A stretch of 64,000 nt of DNA from an uncultured Methanoregulaceae archaeon (GTDB taxonomy: Archaea; Halobacteriota; Methanomicrobia; Methanomicrobiales; Methanospirillaceae), in assembly GCA_963737635.1 (NCBI GenBank), contig CAVTTL010000001.1:1024001-1088000 (forward strand), read 5' to 3'. Each line of letters starts with the position of its first letter. The first letter of the stretch is position 1. Of this stretch, positions 21,537-32,047 are shown piece after piece. The position numbers were made by a program, and so were the translations under genes. The notes under the pieces were generated by a model, which saw only the letters and a program-made list of their open reading frames with translations, made no database searches and had not been told where the DNA came from.

Positions 21537-22136
21537 TCACATCTTGATCTGCGCCAGCGCATCGTAGACGATCTTCCGGTACACGGCCGGATCGAGAGTG
21601 GGGTAATGCTCTTTTGCCTTGAGGATATCCGGGTTCGTACCGGTGGCGAGTGCATCGAGCCGGTCGAGTGTGCGGGCTGCGGTGTCCACTACCCAAAGAT
21701 CCCGGGTCTCCTTATCCACGGCCGTGATCGATTCGACCCGGACCGAGACGAGGTACGACCCATCCGGCTTCTGGTACAGGTTTGGTTTTCCCGTCACCGC
21801 GACAAACGCGGGCGTCTCGATCTTTGCTAGTTGCTGCATGGCCTCGGGCTGGTAGCTTCCAGCCATGATAAAGAACGTGCCGGTCGGATCGATCACCCGG
21901 CCCCGGTAGAAGATGTTCTGCTCGCCCTGCCGGGTCTTCTCGGTCAGCGTACCGGCAAGGAAGATCCGGTTGGAGCGTTCCCCGGTGGGCAGGAGCACGA
22001 ACGTCGGGCTCTTTTCGTCTTCTCCGGTTTTAAACTGGTACCGGCATTCACGGAGCTCGCTTGCAAAGACCCGGCGTGCCGGCTCGCGCTCGAAACTGCC
22101 GTCACGACGACCCATTTCCGCTGCCCGGGAGCTCAT
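21537..22136 (-). CDS. RPA-associated OB-fold protein (small RPA subunit-like)
   Basis: MSSRAAE...REPARRVFASEL, LLPTGERSNRIF, DPTGTF. Own ATG at 22136; appears fused to rpa in the ORF track. Confidence 0.8.
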   Translation of the reverse strand: MSSRAAEMGRRDGSFEREPARRVFASELRECRYQFKTGEDEKSPTFVLLPTGERSNRIFLAGTLTEKTRQGEQNIFYRGRVIDPTGTFFIMAGSYQPEAMQQLAKIETPAFVAVTGKPNLYQKPDGSYLVSVRVESITAVDKETRDLWVVDTAARTLDRLDALATGTNPDILKAKEHYPTLDPAVYRKIVYDALAQIKM

Positions 22137-23381
22137 AGTGCACCCCCGGCCCGGTTGAGCAGCTTTTGTATGTTCGCCACTCTCATAGTGCATCCACTCA
22201 CAGCTGTTGACGAGCAGTCTGTTCTCGATCTCGCGGCCTTCGCAGGTCACGTACCGGCCGAGCACCTTATCCCGCATCTGTAAAAACACCTCGTCCATCC
22301 CAAGCGGGTTATTCTCTGCGATCTCCTTTGCCTGATCGAGGTTCATCCCGGTCAGTGCTTCGACAACATCGCGCTTCAGGAGGAGACTGTGTGTTTTCTC
22401 CCCATCGTCCAGCCATCCCTTGATCCGCAGGTCGTAGACAAAGTTTGGCTGGATCTCATGGATCGGGCAGTAGTTCTGCCGGGAAAGGGCGCGATTGCAC
22501 CCCTCGACCGGGCACCGCTTGATGATCCCGGAGCCAGGCGCGACATGCACGATGGCTCCCCGGACCTCTGCATCGCCGCCGGTTGCAGTGACGATGTCCC
22601 CTTCCTCCTGCATAATGGTCGCGCCCGTGAGATTGAGCGAGAGCCGTTCGTTGAATTCGTCGACTTGCGCATAAAAGATTGAGTAAACCGAGCCTACTGC
22701 CAGTCTCTCTTTTCCCGGATCCTTCCAGATCACAAACTTGACCGTGGCGGTCTCATCACCGAGAAGGCCGGACTGGAGCATCCGGTCGTGGGTGGCCTCC
22801 CACTCCTGGATCACTTTCGCGCGGACACTCCCGATACCTGGCTTCTGATCCTTGATCGGTAACGGCGACGGGATCAAGGGATCATTCTTGTCAATCGCCG
22901 TGATCGTAGTCCCCGAATGCACCTTAAGGTTGGGGATGTTCTTGTATTCGTCCACTACAGCAGATTCGATGTGGTACCATGACCCCTCTTTCATCTTCGG
23001 TGCATTGGCTTTTGTCCAGACGACAAACCGGATCGCGCCGGATTCGTCGGCGATAATCCCGCTCTGGGCAATCGCCGGCGACGGGGGGGTGGCAAGGGAA
23101 ACAACTTTTCCATCCAGATTTATCCAATCCCCGGGGCAGGCGTCTGCAATCGTCTTTTGCCCGGTCGCGCCACCCGTACCAGGTGATCCCTGCGGGCCTG
23201 CTGTCGGGATGTTGAACTCTTTTGCGAGCTCGTTTGAGACGCTGCGTTCCGCCTCGGCAGGCTGGACGCCGAATTCCTCGACGAGCCGGCGCAACTTGCC
23301 CTCAACCTTTTCACGGATGATCTCATGACCGCTTTTTTGGAACTTTCGGGAGATTCTCTCAGTAGCTTCGGAATAATCCAT
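22133..23381 (-). CDS. rpa: Replication protein A (OB folds plus Zn finger)
   Basis: Tandem OB folds (ADESGAIRFVVW, GDETATVKFVIW) and a CPVEGC...CPIH zinc finger. Removing one A from an A-run near 22165 gives TKLLNRAGGAL* overlapping the next ATG. Confidence 0.85.
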
Positions 23382-23513
23382 TCTTACATCTCCAGTCGTA
23401 CTTAGGATAGAATAACGTGTTATAACAGGTACCGTGCGCTGCGAAAGTAATCATGCTTACGCATTTGAGCGCTATGGTGAGATTTATGTCCCCGTACGGG
23501 AATTAAGTGTAGT

Positions 23514-23708
23514 ATGGCTGACTTAACCGCAGACTCTACAATCTACGATCTTCTCCAGGCGAAACCGGAATCGACCGAGGCACTCTTCAAGTTTGGCATG
23601 GGCTGTGTCGGATGTGCCATTGCCCGTGGCGAGACCATCCGTGAAGCTGCCGAAGCACATGGCATCCCACTCCCTGAGCTCTTAAAGGCTCTGGGGATTA
23701 AGGAATAA
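23514..23708 (+). CDS. DUF1858-domain small protein (hybrid-cluster-associated redox disulfide domain)
   Basis: FGMGCVGCAIARGETIREAAEAHGI. Confidence 0.85.
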   Translation: MADLTADSTIYDLLQAKPESTEALFKFGMGCVGCAIARGETIREAAEAHGIPLPELLKALGIKE

Positions 23709-24586
23709 CTTCCTTTTTTTGCATCTTCCGGTATCGAACCAGCTCTTCGAGCGGCGCGTCCGGATAGCGTTTTAAATAATCTGCAACTGCCGGTTCGTGC
23801 AGCAGGGCGCAGCGCGAGCAGTTCCAGATCCGGCCGTTTGTGGAGCTCGGAGACCATTCACCGAGCGTTTCATCTTTGCATGGGTAGAACGGGCAGTAGC
23901 AGAAGTCGCAGCGCTGCCCCGGGAAATGGCAGGGATAATAGGGGCAGTTAACCGGTGACCACTCAACCCAGTGCCCTCCTTCAAACCGGCTGTAGATAAA
24001 AAATGCCGGTCGTGTATGCTGCGCCCCTCCTTCGAAACGGCGGAGGGCCTCGGGTACCCCCCTGAGCACCGCGTCCCGCACCCGTTGTCCGGGTCCGGTG
24101 ATCCGCCCGGCGTACCGGTGCTTTACTGCCCCTTCGCATGCAGCGATCACGGCATCAGTGGGAGTGCCGGAGACCTGCCCGAGAGCAAGCAGGGCCTCGG
24201 CCTTAGCCTCTGTCGCAACCATGATGGTTTCAAGCAGCGCGCTATCATCCATACCCTCACTGCTGCACGCGATGATGTTGATGGTCCCGGCGCCCGCTGG
24301 TTCCTGCCGGATCCCGGCAGTCACAAAGACGGTGATAAAATCGTACTGGAGCACGCACAAGTGATGGATCGGAACGGCAGTCAAAAGCCCCAGCACGTTT
24401 GGTCCAGTACCTGGCAGCAGCCGCGACAAGCTCGACCTCTTTTTCCGGTGCCGCATGGTCCCAGCCCGCGGGAACCGTGTGGTTGAAAAGGGTAGTAACA
24501 TTCCGGATGCCGCCGGAGATCCCGGTGCTTGCGGCGCGGAATGCACCGCGAATAAAAAGGGAACCTGAATCGGTATAATATCTCAT
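23698..24586 (-). CDS. cbiZ: Adenosylcobinamide amidohydrolase with Cys-rich C-terminal domain (frameshift near 24415)
   Basis: STGISGG..NHTV, GLLTAV, GTINII, TEAKAEAL, SGTPTDAV and CPYYPCHFPGQRCDFCYCPFYPC, split across two overlapping ORFs. Confidence 0.85.
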
Positions 24587-24944
24587 GCGACGGAGTATCG
24601 GATCCGGTCCTGAGCTCCTGCTGCTTGCCCGCGTTCCAGCCGGAAACGTCCTGCAGGTACCCGGTTACCCGGCTGATCTGGACGACGTCGTGGGAGCCGC
24701 ATTCGGGACAGATGGGCTTACCGCAGAGCGGGCAGTACTCGATCCCGGAGATCATCTCATGGACGCAGTGGCAGTTGTCGAGGGGGCACATGATCTCAAG
24801 CTTGGTCTCCCCGCAGTTCGGGCAGGGGTTCTGGTCAACGATGAGATGGCATGTATGGCATTTGTATTTTCGCTCAGATTCAGGAATATCCTCGAGTTTC
24901 GTGTATTTTTCCGCCATTTTCCTTTGTTCTATGCTCCAATCCAT
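24583..24944 (-). CDS. Stand-alone NrdD-like C-terminal Zn-ribbon/glycyl-radical domain protein (frameshift near 24612)
   Basis: Multiple CxxC pairs, then SRVTGYLQDVSGWNAGKQQEL; one added A restores LKDRIRYSVA*. Confidence 0.78.
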
Positions 24945-25060
24945 ACTACTACATTGCAGAAGTGCTTAATAAATTTATAAGATGCCTTCAAGGGGGTAAT
25001 ATCGCATTCGCGGTACGTACTGGCGCGCACCGGGTGATCGGGCTATAAAATAAGAGTTGT

Positions 25061-25708
25061 TTACTCTTTCACTCTCTTGCGGATACGGGCATAAGACTGG
25101 CTCGCGGCAGCAGGATCCGGTGCATCGTAGATGGACCGGCCTACGATAATTCCGTCGACAAGTGAAGCGATTGCATCGGCGTCCCCGCCCTGCGCGCCGA
25201 TACCCGGGGAGAGAATTTTCCCGTCGCCGACAAACCCCCGCAGGACCCGCACCCTGTCTGGCCGGGTGGCTGGCGCGATGATCCCGTCAGCGCCAGCGAT
25301 AATGGCATTTCCTGCGATCTGTTCTGCAACCCCGTGGGAGAAAAACTCATTCCCGCCCGGATGGCTCATCTCGGCGACCACATAACACGCTCCCCGGTGC
25401 GCCCGCGCTGAGGCGATGCATGCCTTTACCGAGTCTATGCCGGGAAAGCCGTGGCATATAATTCCGGAGAACCCGGCAGCAAACACCTGGTCGCAGATGA
25501 GCCGGTTTGTGTTGGGGATATCGGCGACCTTGAAGTCGGCGATAAGCGGCAGGCCGGTCTTCTCGAGTTCCCCGGCGATGGAGAGGCCTGCCGAAAGCAC
25601 AAGGGGATAACCGATCTTGATCATATCAAGGTTCGGGGCGCAGGCATGAGCGATGGCAAGCGCCTTTTTCTTTTCCGTCACGTCCAACGCGAGGATGAGG
25701 TCAGGCAT
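25061..25708 (-). CDS. pyrF: Orotidine-5'-phosphate decarboxylase
   Basis: LALD, DFKVADIPNT, MSHPG, SPGIGAQGG, IVGRSIY. Confidence 0.96.
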   Translation of the reverse strand: MPDLILALDVTEKKKALAIAHACAPNLDMIKIGYPLVLSAGLSIAGELEKTGLPLIADFKVADIPNTNRLICDQVFAAGFSGIICHGFPGIDSVKACIASARAHRGACYVVAEMSHPGGNEFFSHGVAEQIAGNAIIAGADGIIAPATRPDRVRVLRGFVGDGKILSPGIGAQGGDADAIASLVDGIIVGRSIYDAPDPAAASQSYARIRKRVKE

Positions 25709-26639
25709 GGGACAACCGCTCCATTACGGCCGCGACGAGGACCGGTAACGTGATCGTAGCGTCACCGTACACGGTCACGGCCCGTGCTTCCTCGGTGATC
25801 TTGCCCCATGACCGGGCTTCGTCAAGCGTTGCGCCTGAAAGGCCGCCAAGGTCCGGCCTGTCGCCGGTCAGCTGGATCGCGTAATCGAAGCCGTTGGGGG
25901 TCATAAGCATGCTCTGGAGGATGAAGTTTTTGGGAACACCCCCGCCCACAAGTAAAGCGCCGGCTTTCTTTGTTGCAAAACAAGTGTCGAGGAGCGCAGG
26001 CATGTCGGCAAATGCGTCCACGGTCACCTTATTGGTCTGCGAAAAGAGCCAGTACTGGAGGCCGATCATCGAGTCCTGTACCGCCGGGCAGTAGACCGCG
26101 ATCTCTTCTTTTGCGGCTGTGGCGAGGATACCGGTTTTCAGGTGCGAGCCGATATGGCGCAAGAGGCCTGAGATCGAGATGGTGCTCTTTGGCTCAAGTT
26201 CGCCGAACACGCCCTGCATGAAGGTCTCGAAGTGCTCGAAGGCTTCGTTTGGGAGATATACATCGTAGATACGGTTGATCTCGTCGTGCCGGAGCTCGAT
26301 GTCGTTACAGAAGGCGGAACCATGGAAGTGCCGGCACCCGATTGCCTCGATGATGTCGTGCGTGAGATTTGCTCCGGTCGAGACAAGGATGTCGATGTGG
26401 CCGTCCCTGATGAGATCAGTAACGATCCCGCCCATCCCCGCCGGTACCATCGCGCCGGCAAGGCCGAAGAATTTGGTTGCGTCATCATCCTGCAGCATCT
26501 GCGCGTAGATCTCTGCCGCCTGGCAGAGCGAGCCGCCGTTGTACGCCCCGGCTTTTCCCATAGCAGCCACCAGTTCGCCAACCGTCATGGCCGGCCTGAT
26601 ATGCATCTGGGTAACCGGTTTATCGCACTGGTTTTTCAT
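25701..26639 (-). CDS. dys: Deoxyhypusine synthase
   Basis: GLAGAMVPAG, STGANLTHD, GGGVPKN, GGLSGATLDEARSWGK. Start placed at MKNQC. Confidence 0.95.
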   Translation of the reverse strand: MKNQCDKPVTQMHIRPAMTVGELVAAMGKAGAYNGGSLCQAAEIYAQMLQDDDATKFFGLAGAMVPAGMGGIVTDLIRDGHIDILVSTGANLTHDIIEAIGCRHFHGSAFCNDIELRHDEINRIYDVYLPNEAFEHFETFMQGVFGELEPKSTISISGLLRHIGSHLKTGILATAAKEEIAVYCPAVQDSMIGLQYWLFSQTNKVTVDAFADMPALLDTCFATKKAGALLVGGGVPKNFILQSMLMTPNGFDYAIQLTGDRPDLGGLSGATLDEARSWGKITEEARAVTVYGDATITLPVLVAAVMERLSHA

Positions 26640-26763
26640 CGCACATTCCCTTACTGTTTGCTGCAATCCTATTGGTGCTTGAGGCTGATAACAGTGTTTG
26701 GAAAAGGACCTGTGACTACCGGTATCAGGAAGATATTTACCCAATAAGAATGGTCTTACATCT

Positions 26764-27240
26764 ATGCAGGACGTTCGTTTGACGGTCAAGAAACGGGCAT
26801 TTCCCAGTCGCGGCCGGGTACGCCTGAATTTAGCGATCCTCCCGGATCTCGGTATTGCCGATGGAGGACATGTGGATCTGGTCAATGAGAGCACCAAAAA
26901 ATCGGTCAGCGTCATGGTAGTCGCCGATACCATGGTGCCATCCGGGCAGATCCGGATCAGTGAAGAGGACCTTAAAATCATTGGCATACATGAGGACGGA
27001 GAGGTCCTTGTCAGGAAAACACCGCCTCTCCAGGAAAAACTCTCAAAGGCAGCCGCAGAAGCCAATAAGACAATTTCGGCGGGTACACACAAACTTGACG
27101 AGGCGGCCAGAAAAACCACCGGCGAAGTAAAAAAAGAGACGAAGAAGGCCTCGGACCGCATCGAAAAGGCCGCGGCACAGACCGCAAAAGACGTAAAGAA
27201 AACCGTGAAGAAGGTAACCGGTAAAGGGGACGATCTCTGA
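26764..27240 (+). CDS. Hypothetical protein: CDC48_N/AbrB-like beta domain plus Lys/Ala/Thr-rich tail
   Basis: SRGRVRLN..LGIADGGHVDL pattern repeated as IGIHEDGEVLV; tail KKTVKKVTGK. Confidence 0.7.
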   Translation: MQDVRLTVKKRAFPSRGRVRLNLAILPDLGIADGGHVDLVNESTKKSVSVMVVADTMVPSGQIRISEEDLKIIGIHEDGEVLVRKTPPLQEKLSKAAAEANKTISAGTHKLDEAARKTTGEVKKETKKASDRIEKAAAQTAKDVKKTVKKVTGKGDDL

Positions 27241-27296
27241 ATGTGCAGCCCGTGTGCAAGAGGGGATAAAAACACCCGGAATGGGAGGTATTGAGC

Positions 27297-27690
27297 ATGG
27301 CAGACGCTGTCGTGACACCGGTTATCTCCGATACCGCGATCATCGGCATTTTAATCGTCCTTGAGCTTGGCAATCGTGTACTTCATCATCCGTGAAATAC
27401 GGATCATGAAGACGACCAACCGGTCGATTGAACTGGATCTGGAACGGGACAAGCTCAAGATCCTCCAGCAGCACGAAGCGTCAAAGATCTTCCCGTTCAC
27501 CCGGTTCTCTCATGAGCAGACGGCTGCGATAAAACAGGTCGAGGATGAGAACATGGTGATTGGGACAGATAATTTTGCAAAGGAAAATCTCCTTGACAAG
27601 CGGCTGACAAGGCTTGAAAGTATCGTAAAATCAAAGAAACTGGATCATCTCCTCACAAACGTCCAGGAACAGGAAAAGAAGGTGAAATGA
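27297..27690 (+). CDS. Hypothetical membrane-anchored coiled-coil protein (frameshift near 27360)
   Basis: GGGAGG RBS, then ATG 27297 MADAVVTPVISDTAIIGILIV joining SLAIVYFIIREIR of ORF 27361..27690. Confidence 0.7.
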
Positions 27691-27693
27691 CGT

Positions 27694-28005
27694 ATGTACC
27701 CGGTTATCAGCCAGAACCGGAACGAGACCGGGGATTCGTTCTGGGACCAGTTTGCGACAATCCCCGGGACAATCGAATCGCACGTACCGACGTTTGACAA
27801 ATCGCTCGATTCATATTTCGACCAGCACTTTGCTGCCATCATTGAGGAATGGGAGCTCGTGACCGAGAACGATCTTGAGACACTTGCAAATCGGCTTACG
27901 CGCATTACCGATGAGATCAGCAGTCTCTATGCGGGAAAAGCCGCAATCGAAGCACGGGTACAGCGGCTGGATGACATGATCACGTCACTGGAGCGATCGG
28001 TATGA
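27694..28005 (+). CDS. Hypothetical coiled-coil protein (EEW-L paralog 1)
   Basis: LDSYFDQHFAAIIEEWELVTENDL; translationally coupled to the next gene. Confidence 0.8.
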   Translation: MYPVISQNRNETGDSFWDQFATIPGTIESHVPTFDKSLDSYFDQHFAAIIEEWELVTENDLETLANRLTRITDEISSLYAGKAAIEARVQRLDDMITSLERSV

Positions 28006-28223
28006 TCGGCTTGGATTCGTATCTCAATGCCTATGTGGACCGCCGGATGAAATATGTCGTCGAAGAATGGGATCTCTCCACGAGGACCGATCTTGCGGAT
28101 TTCACCGGCAGGCTGGAGGCGCTCGAACAGGAGATCCCCCGGCTCAAAGCCTTTGAACATGCCACCTCGCACAAACTCGCCGAACTGGAAACACGTGCAG
28201 GGAAACTGAAGAGGAGGACCTGA
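28002..28223 (+). CDS. Hypothetical coiled-coil protein (EEW-L paralog 2)
   Basis: LNAYVDRRMKYVVEEWDLSTRTDL; ATGA overlap. Confidence 0.8.
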   Translation: MIGLDSYLNAYVDRRMKYVVEEWDLSTRTDLADFTGRLEALEQEIPRLKAFEHATSHKLAELETRAGKLKRRT

Positions 28224-28224
28224 T

Positions 28225-28581
28225 ATGGATCTTCTTACCTTTATCCTCCTTGTCATTATCCTCTGTGTCATCATCTTCCTCGTGTATTATTTCTTCCGGG
28301 GTGCAAAAGGTGACATTGCCCTTTCCCGCCCGGTGGAGAGCCGGGTAGACGAGTACCTTGACCGCAGGTTCCAGAGCATGGTAGAGGAGTGGCAGCTGGT
28401 CAGCCGGCCACGGCTCGCGAAGTTCCAGGACCAGCGCATCCCGGAGATCGAACAGGACGAAGCACGCATTGCCGAACTCACGTCCTACGAGACCGGGATG
28501 AAGAATACCCTCGCATCGCTGGAGGCGCGCCTTGACGCTCTGGAAAAAGAACTGGCCGGCAAAGGAAACACCAAAAAATAA
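28225..28581 (+). CDS. Hypothetical membrane-anchored coiled-coil protein (EEW-L paralog 3)
   Basis: N-terminal TM helix, VDEYLDRRFQSMVEEWQLVSRPRL, LEARLDALEKEL. Confidence 0.8.
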   Translation: MDLLTFILLVIILCVIIFLVYYFFRGAKGDIALSRPVESRVDEYLDRRFQSMVEEWQLVSRPRLAKFQDQRIPEIEQDEARIAELTSYETGMKNTLASLEARLDALEKELAGKGNTKK

Positions 28582-28627
28582 AGGATCTGCGGATCGTATC
28601 CGTGAACTCAGGAAAGAGATCACGGTG

Positions 28628-28837
28628 ATGCGTAAGCAGGGGGAACCGCCGGTAAAGGATCTCCACAGTTTCGCCCAGTTCACGTGCGATCTCTGCAATA
28701 CTCCCCACCCGATCTCGGAGCTCCGGCAGTGCGTGCTCTGCGGGCGCTGGGCATGCGAAACCTGCTGGAAGGACGAATATTATACCTGCCGGTCCTGCGC
28801 CGGGCTCCTGAAGATCAACCAGATCCGGGGAGACTAA
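28628..28837 (+). CDS. Small Cys-rich zinc-finger protein
   Basis: CDLC, CVLC, CETC, CRSC. Confidence 0.75.
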   Translation: MRKQGEPPVKDLHSFAQFTCDLCNTPHPISELRQCVLCGRWACETCWKDEYYTCRSCAGLLKINQIRGD

Positions 28838-28924
28838 AAAAACTCCTTTTTTTTGCATTTTCCCGGGTGTTCTTCAGCATTGCCCCAACCCATTTATCGC
28901 TGCCCGGTTCAATGATACAGTAGC

Positions 28925-29587
28925 ATGGTTCTCCCGTTCAGTTTTGTCGATATACTACTGCATTTTGACAAGTACCTCCCGGTGATCCTCCAGCAGTACG
29001 GTCTGTGGACCTACGTGATCCTTTTCCTGATCCTCTTCTGCGAGACAGGCCTCGTGATTGCTCCCTACCTGCCGGGCGACTCGCTGCTGTTTGTCGCAGG
29101 GGCAGTTGCCGGTGCCGGGATGCTCAACATCTGGGTTCTGCTCGGGAGTCTCATCCTCGCATGCGTACTTGGGGATACCGTCAACTACTGGATCGGCTAC
29201 ACCTTCGAACTGAAAGTGCTTGAATGGAAATACTCCCTCGTCAAAAAAGAGCACCTCGAAGAAACGAAACAGTATTTTGACAAATATGGCGGTTTTACCA
29301 TTGTTATAGCACGGTTTATGCCCTTTATCAGGACTTTTGCGCCATTCCTTGCTGGTGTGGGTAAGATGCGCTACTCTTGGTTCTTGGGATATAACATCCT
29401 TGGGGGCGTGATGTGGTCGTGCCTTTTCCTGCTCGCCGGTTATTTCGTGGGCAATCTCCCGATCGTGCAGCAGAATTTCACGCTCATCACGTATGGGATC
29501 ATTGCGGTCTCGCTTATTGCGCTCGTCTCAGTCTTTGTCAAAATATACCGGTCCGTGAAGAAAGGAAAAGGGATCAAGGGAGCATAG
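28925..29587 (+). CDS. DedA/VTT family membrane protein
   Basis: ETGLVIAPYLPGDSLLF, GDTVNYWIG, ARFMPFIRTFAPF. Confidence 0.93.
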   Translation: MVLPFSFVDILLHFDKYLPVILQQYGLWTYVILFLILFCETGLVIAPYLPGDSLLFVAGAVAGAGMLNIWVLLGSLILACVLGDTVNYWIGYTFELKVLEWKYSLVKKEHLEETKQYFDKYGGFTIVIARFMPFIRTFAPFLAGVGKMRYSWFLGYNILGGVMWSCLFLLAGYFVGNLPIVQQNFTLITYGIIAVSLIALVSVFVKIYRSVKKGKGIKGA

Positions 29588-29669
29588 TCCCATTCTTTTT
29601 TGTGAACTTCGGTGTTTTTAGCGCCTAGTTCAGCAATCTTCTTGTCCCGTTCGCTCCGAGTAGTACACC

Positions 29670-32031
29670 ATGCAGAGACCCGATCCCGGCCCGGGCAAAG
29701 AGGCGATGCAGCCGTCTCCTGACGGGGCCGGGACGGTCTTTCTTTTCGATCTCTCTGAATGGCGGGGACAGCTCGCCCGGAGTATCGCCCGGAACAATAT
29801 CGGCATGAGGAGCAGTGAGATTGCTCTGGCTGTCAACCGAATCCTGTTCCGGTTCTGTATTCTCGCCATCGCGGAAGATCGCGGCCTCATCACCCCGGGA
29901 AAACTCCGGTGGATCGCCGAGGCTGAGGAGAGCAATCTCCGGCTCGGGGAATTTTTTGCGGACACCGGCGATCCCTGGGCCGGGACTGATGGAACAAAAG
30001 ACAGTAATCACCGGCACAAAGCCGTCCCGGGAATACCTCCTGTGATCGATGACGAGATCATCAGATCGATCGCCACCCGATTCTCCTCCGTGGATCGGCC
30101 ATACGATTTTTCCCAAATCTCCCTTGAGGACGTTGCCGGGGTGATCGACCAGTATCTTGCCCGAACCATCAGGCGGTCTGCTGCTCACCAGGCGGTCGTT
30201 GTCGATCGGCCGGGTGCCGGGATCGGCGCTGCCGTGGACCCGGAGATCTTAACCTATGCAGCGACAAACACTCTTGCCGCCGCCCGGGCCAGCCGTCCTC
30301 CGGAAGAACTGCTCCCGCTGCGCATCCTCGACCCCGCGTGTGGTGCCGGTGCCCTGGTACTCCGGGCATTTCACAGTCTTGTCCGGGATGAGAAGCACAC
30401 ATTTGCTGAGAGAAAAGAGATCCTGGAGCACAGTCTCTTTGGCCTCGATATCGATTCTCATGCAGTAGCGGCTGCCCGAATACTGCTTTCCTTTGGTGCC
30501 TGTGAAGGAGAGGACATCAAGACGCTGTCGGGTGGTTTTTTCGCGGTGTTCAGCGATCTGCTCCACATACTGTCGGCCACTATCCGGTGCGGGAACGCGC
30601 TTGTTGGCCCGGAGATTGCAGATGATGAATCCTGGGCGTTCTGCCCGGCGCATGAACGCCACGCGATCCAGCCCTTCGATTGGCAGGAGGTCTTTTTTGA
30701 GATTTTTGCTCCCGGCGGGTTCGATGTCGTGATCTGTTGTCCTCCCGAATGCCCGGTACCAGAACGTGAATGGCTGCAGCGGTATTTCCAGCGACATTAT
30801 GCTGTCTACGATGCCGGGACGAATCTCTCGGCGTTTTATATCGAAAAGGCACTCAGTCTCTTGCGTCCCCAGGGCGTCTTGGGTTTTGTGACCGGTGCCT
30901 GGTGGCTCCATGCAAAGGCCGGTGCACCGGTACGGGAGCTGCTCCTGACGCGGCAGATCGAGGAGATCCTGTTCTCCGGAGATAAAGAGGGCAGCTCCTG
31001 TTTTCTCCGATTGACAAATACTCTTCCCTCGCACCCGTTTGTGGTACGGCATGCCGAATCGGTTATGAGATCAGCGGAACCTGTGGGATTTCCTGTCGAC
31101 CCCCATGAGCTGTCTGCCGGGGGCTGGACGTTTCGCGATACCCGCAGGGAACGGGTGTTTAAGAAGATTTCCTTGGCCGGGACCCCCCTTGAGACATCAG
31201 TTCTCGGCGGGATCCAGTATGATCAGGGAAATGAACTCCCTGAAGTACTTGTCATCGACGCTCTCCGGCGAAAACGGCTGGTTCGCGGGGAGAGCCGGTG
31301 CAAAACCCTGGTGCGCCCGTACATTTCCGGGGAGATGATCGGGAGGTACAGCATATCATCACCCCGGAAATACGGCATTTTTATCCCGCGGGGATGGACC
31401 GGCCGCCATGCTCCGGCGCCTGGTAAGGAGTGGCAGTGGTTCAAAAAACGCTGCCCGGGCATTGCCCGCTATCTTGAAGAGCATAAGGCAGTCCCCAACA
31501 ACCGGTCGTCACCCGAGGAATATTGGTGGGAATGTACCGGCAGTCCGGATACACGGCAGGGGGAGAAAGCCCGGATTGTTTTTCCAGCCCACGTTTTTCC
31601 TCCTACGTTCACGATCGGAAGCGGCCGGGCATTGCTCGGCGGTCACACCGGGGTTATCGCCTCCGGGAGCCCGTACCTGCTTGGGCTCCTCAACAGCCGT
31701 CTCGCCGCATTCGTATTTGCCAGCCTTTCCCACAATCGCGATCGGTCCGGTGATGAATACTCGGGAATAGTTATCGGAGAGTTTCCGGTCTACACACCGG
31801 ATTCTGGACGATCCCCTGGATAAGGCCCGGTATGATCGACTGGGGACACTGGTAACCGAGATGCTTGATCTGCACCGGCATCTCAGCCGCGCAACGACCG
31901 ACAGGGAAAAACAGATTATCCGACAGGATATCGACTCTGTCGAAAAGCAGATAGATTCACTGGTCTATGGGATCTACGGGCTTTCGGTGAAGGATATTGC
32001 GGTTGTAGAATCATCCTTTGCAACGATGTAA
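29670..32031 (+). CDS. Degenerate Type IIG (Eco57I-like) R-M methylase/TRD protein lacking a nuclease domain (frameshift near 31803)
   Basis: ILDPACGAG motif I, LFGLDID, IRCGNALV, GGFDVVICCPPE in place of NPPY, YLLGLLNSRL. The C-terminus continues in another frame to IDSLVYGIYGLS...TM* (stop 32029-32031). Confidence 0.75.
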
Positions 32032-32047
32032 TCTCCCGGTGAAACAC

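Noticed and set aside
21537-23381. 614-aa RPA plus RPA-associated fusion protein
   Set aside because: One extra A in an A-run near 22165 explains it. Correction gives a normal RPA stop overlapping the ATG of the second gene.
25701-27275. 524-aa deoxyhypusine synthase with a long N-terminal extension
   Set aside because: The extension is the antisense shadow of the plus-strand gene 26764..27240; the plausible start is 26639.
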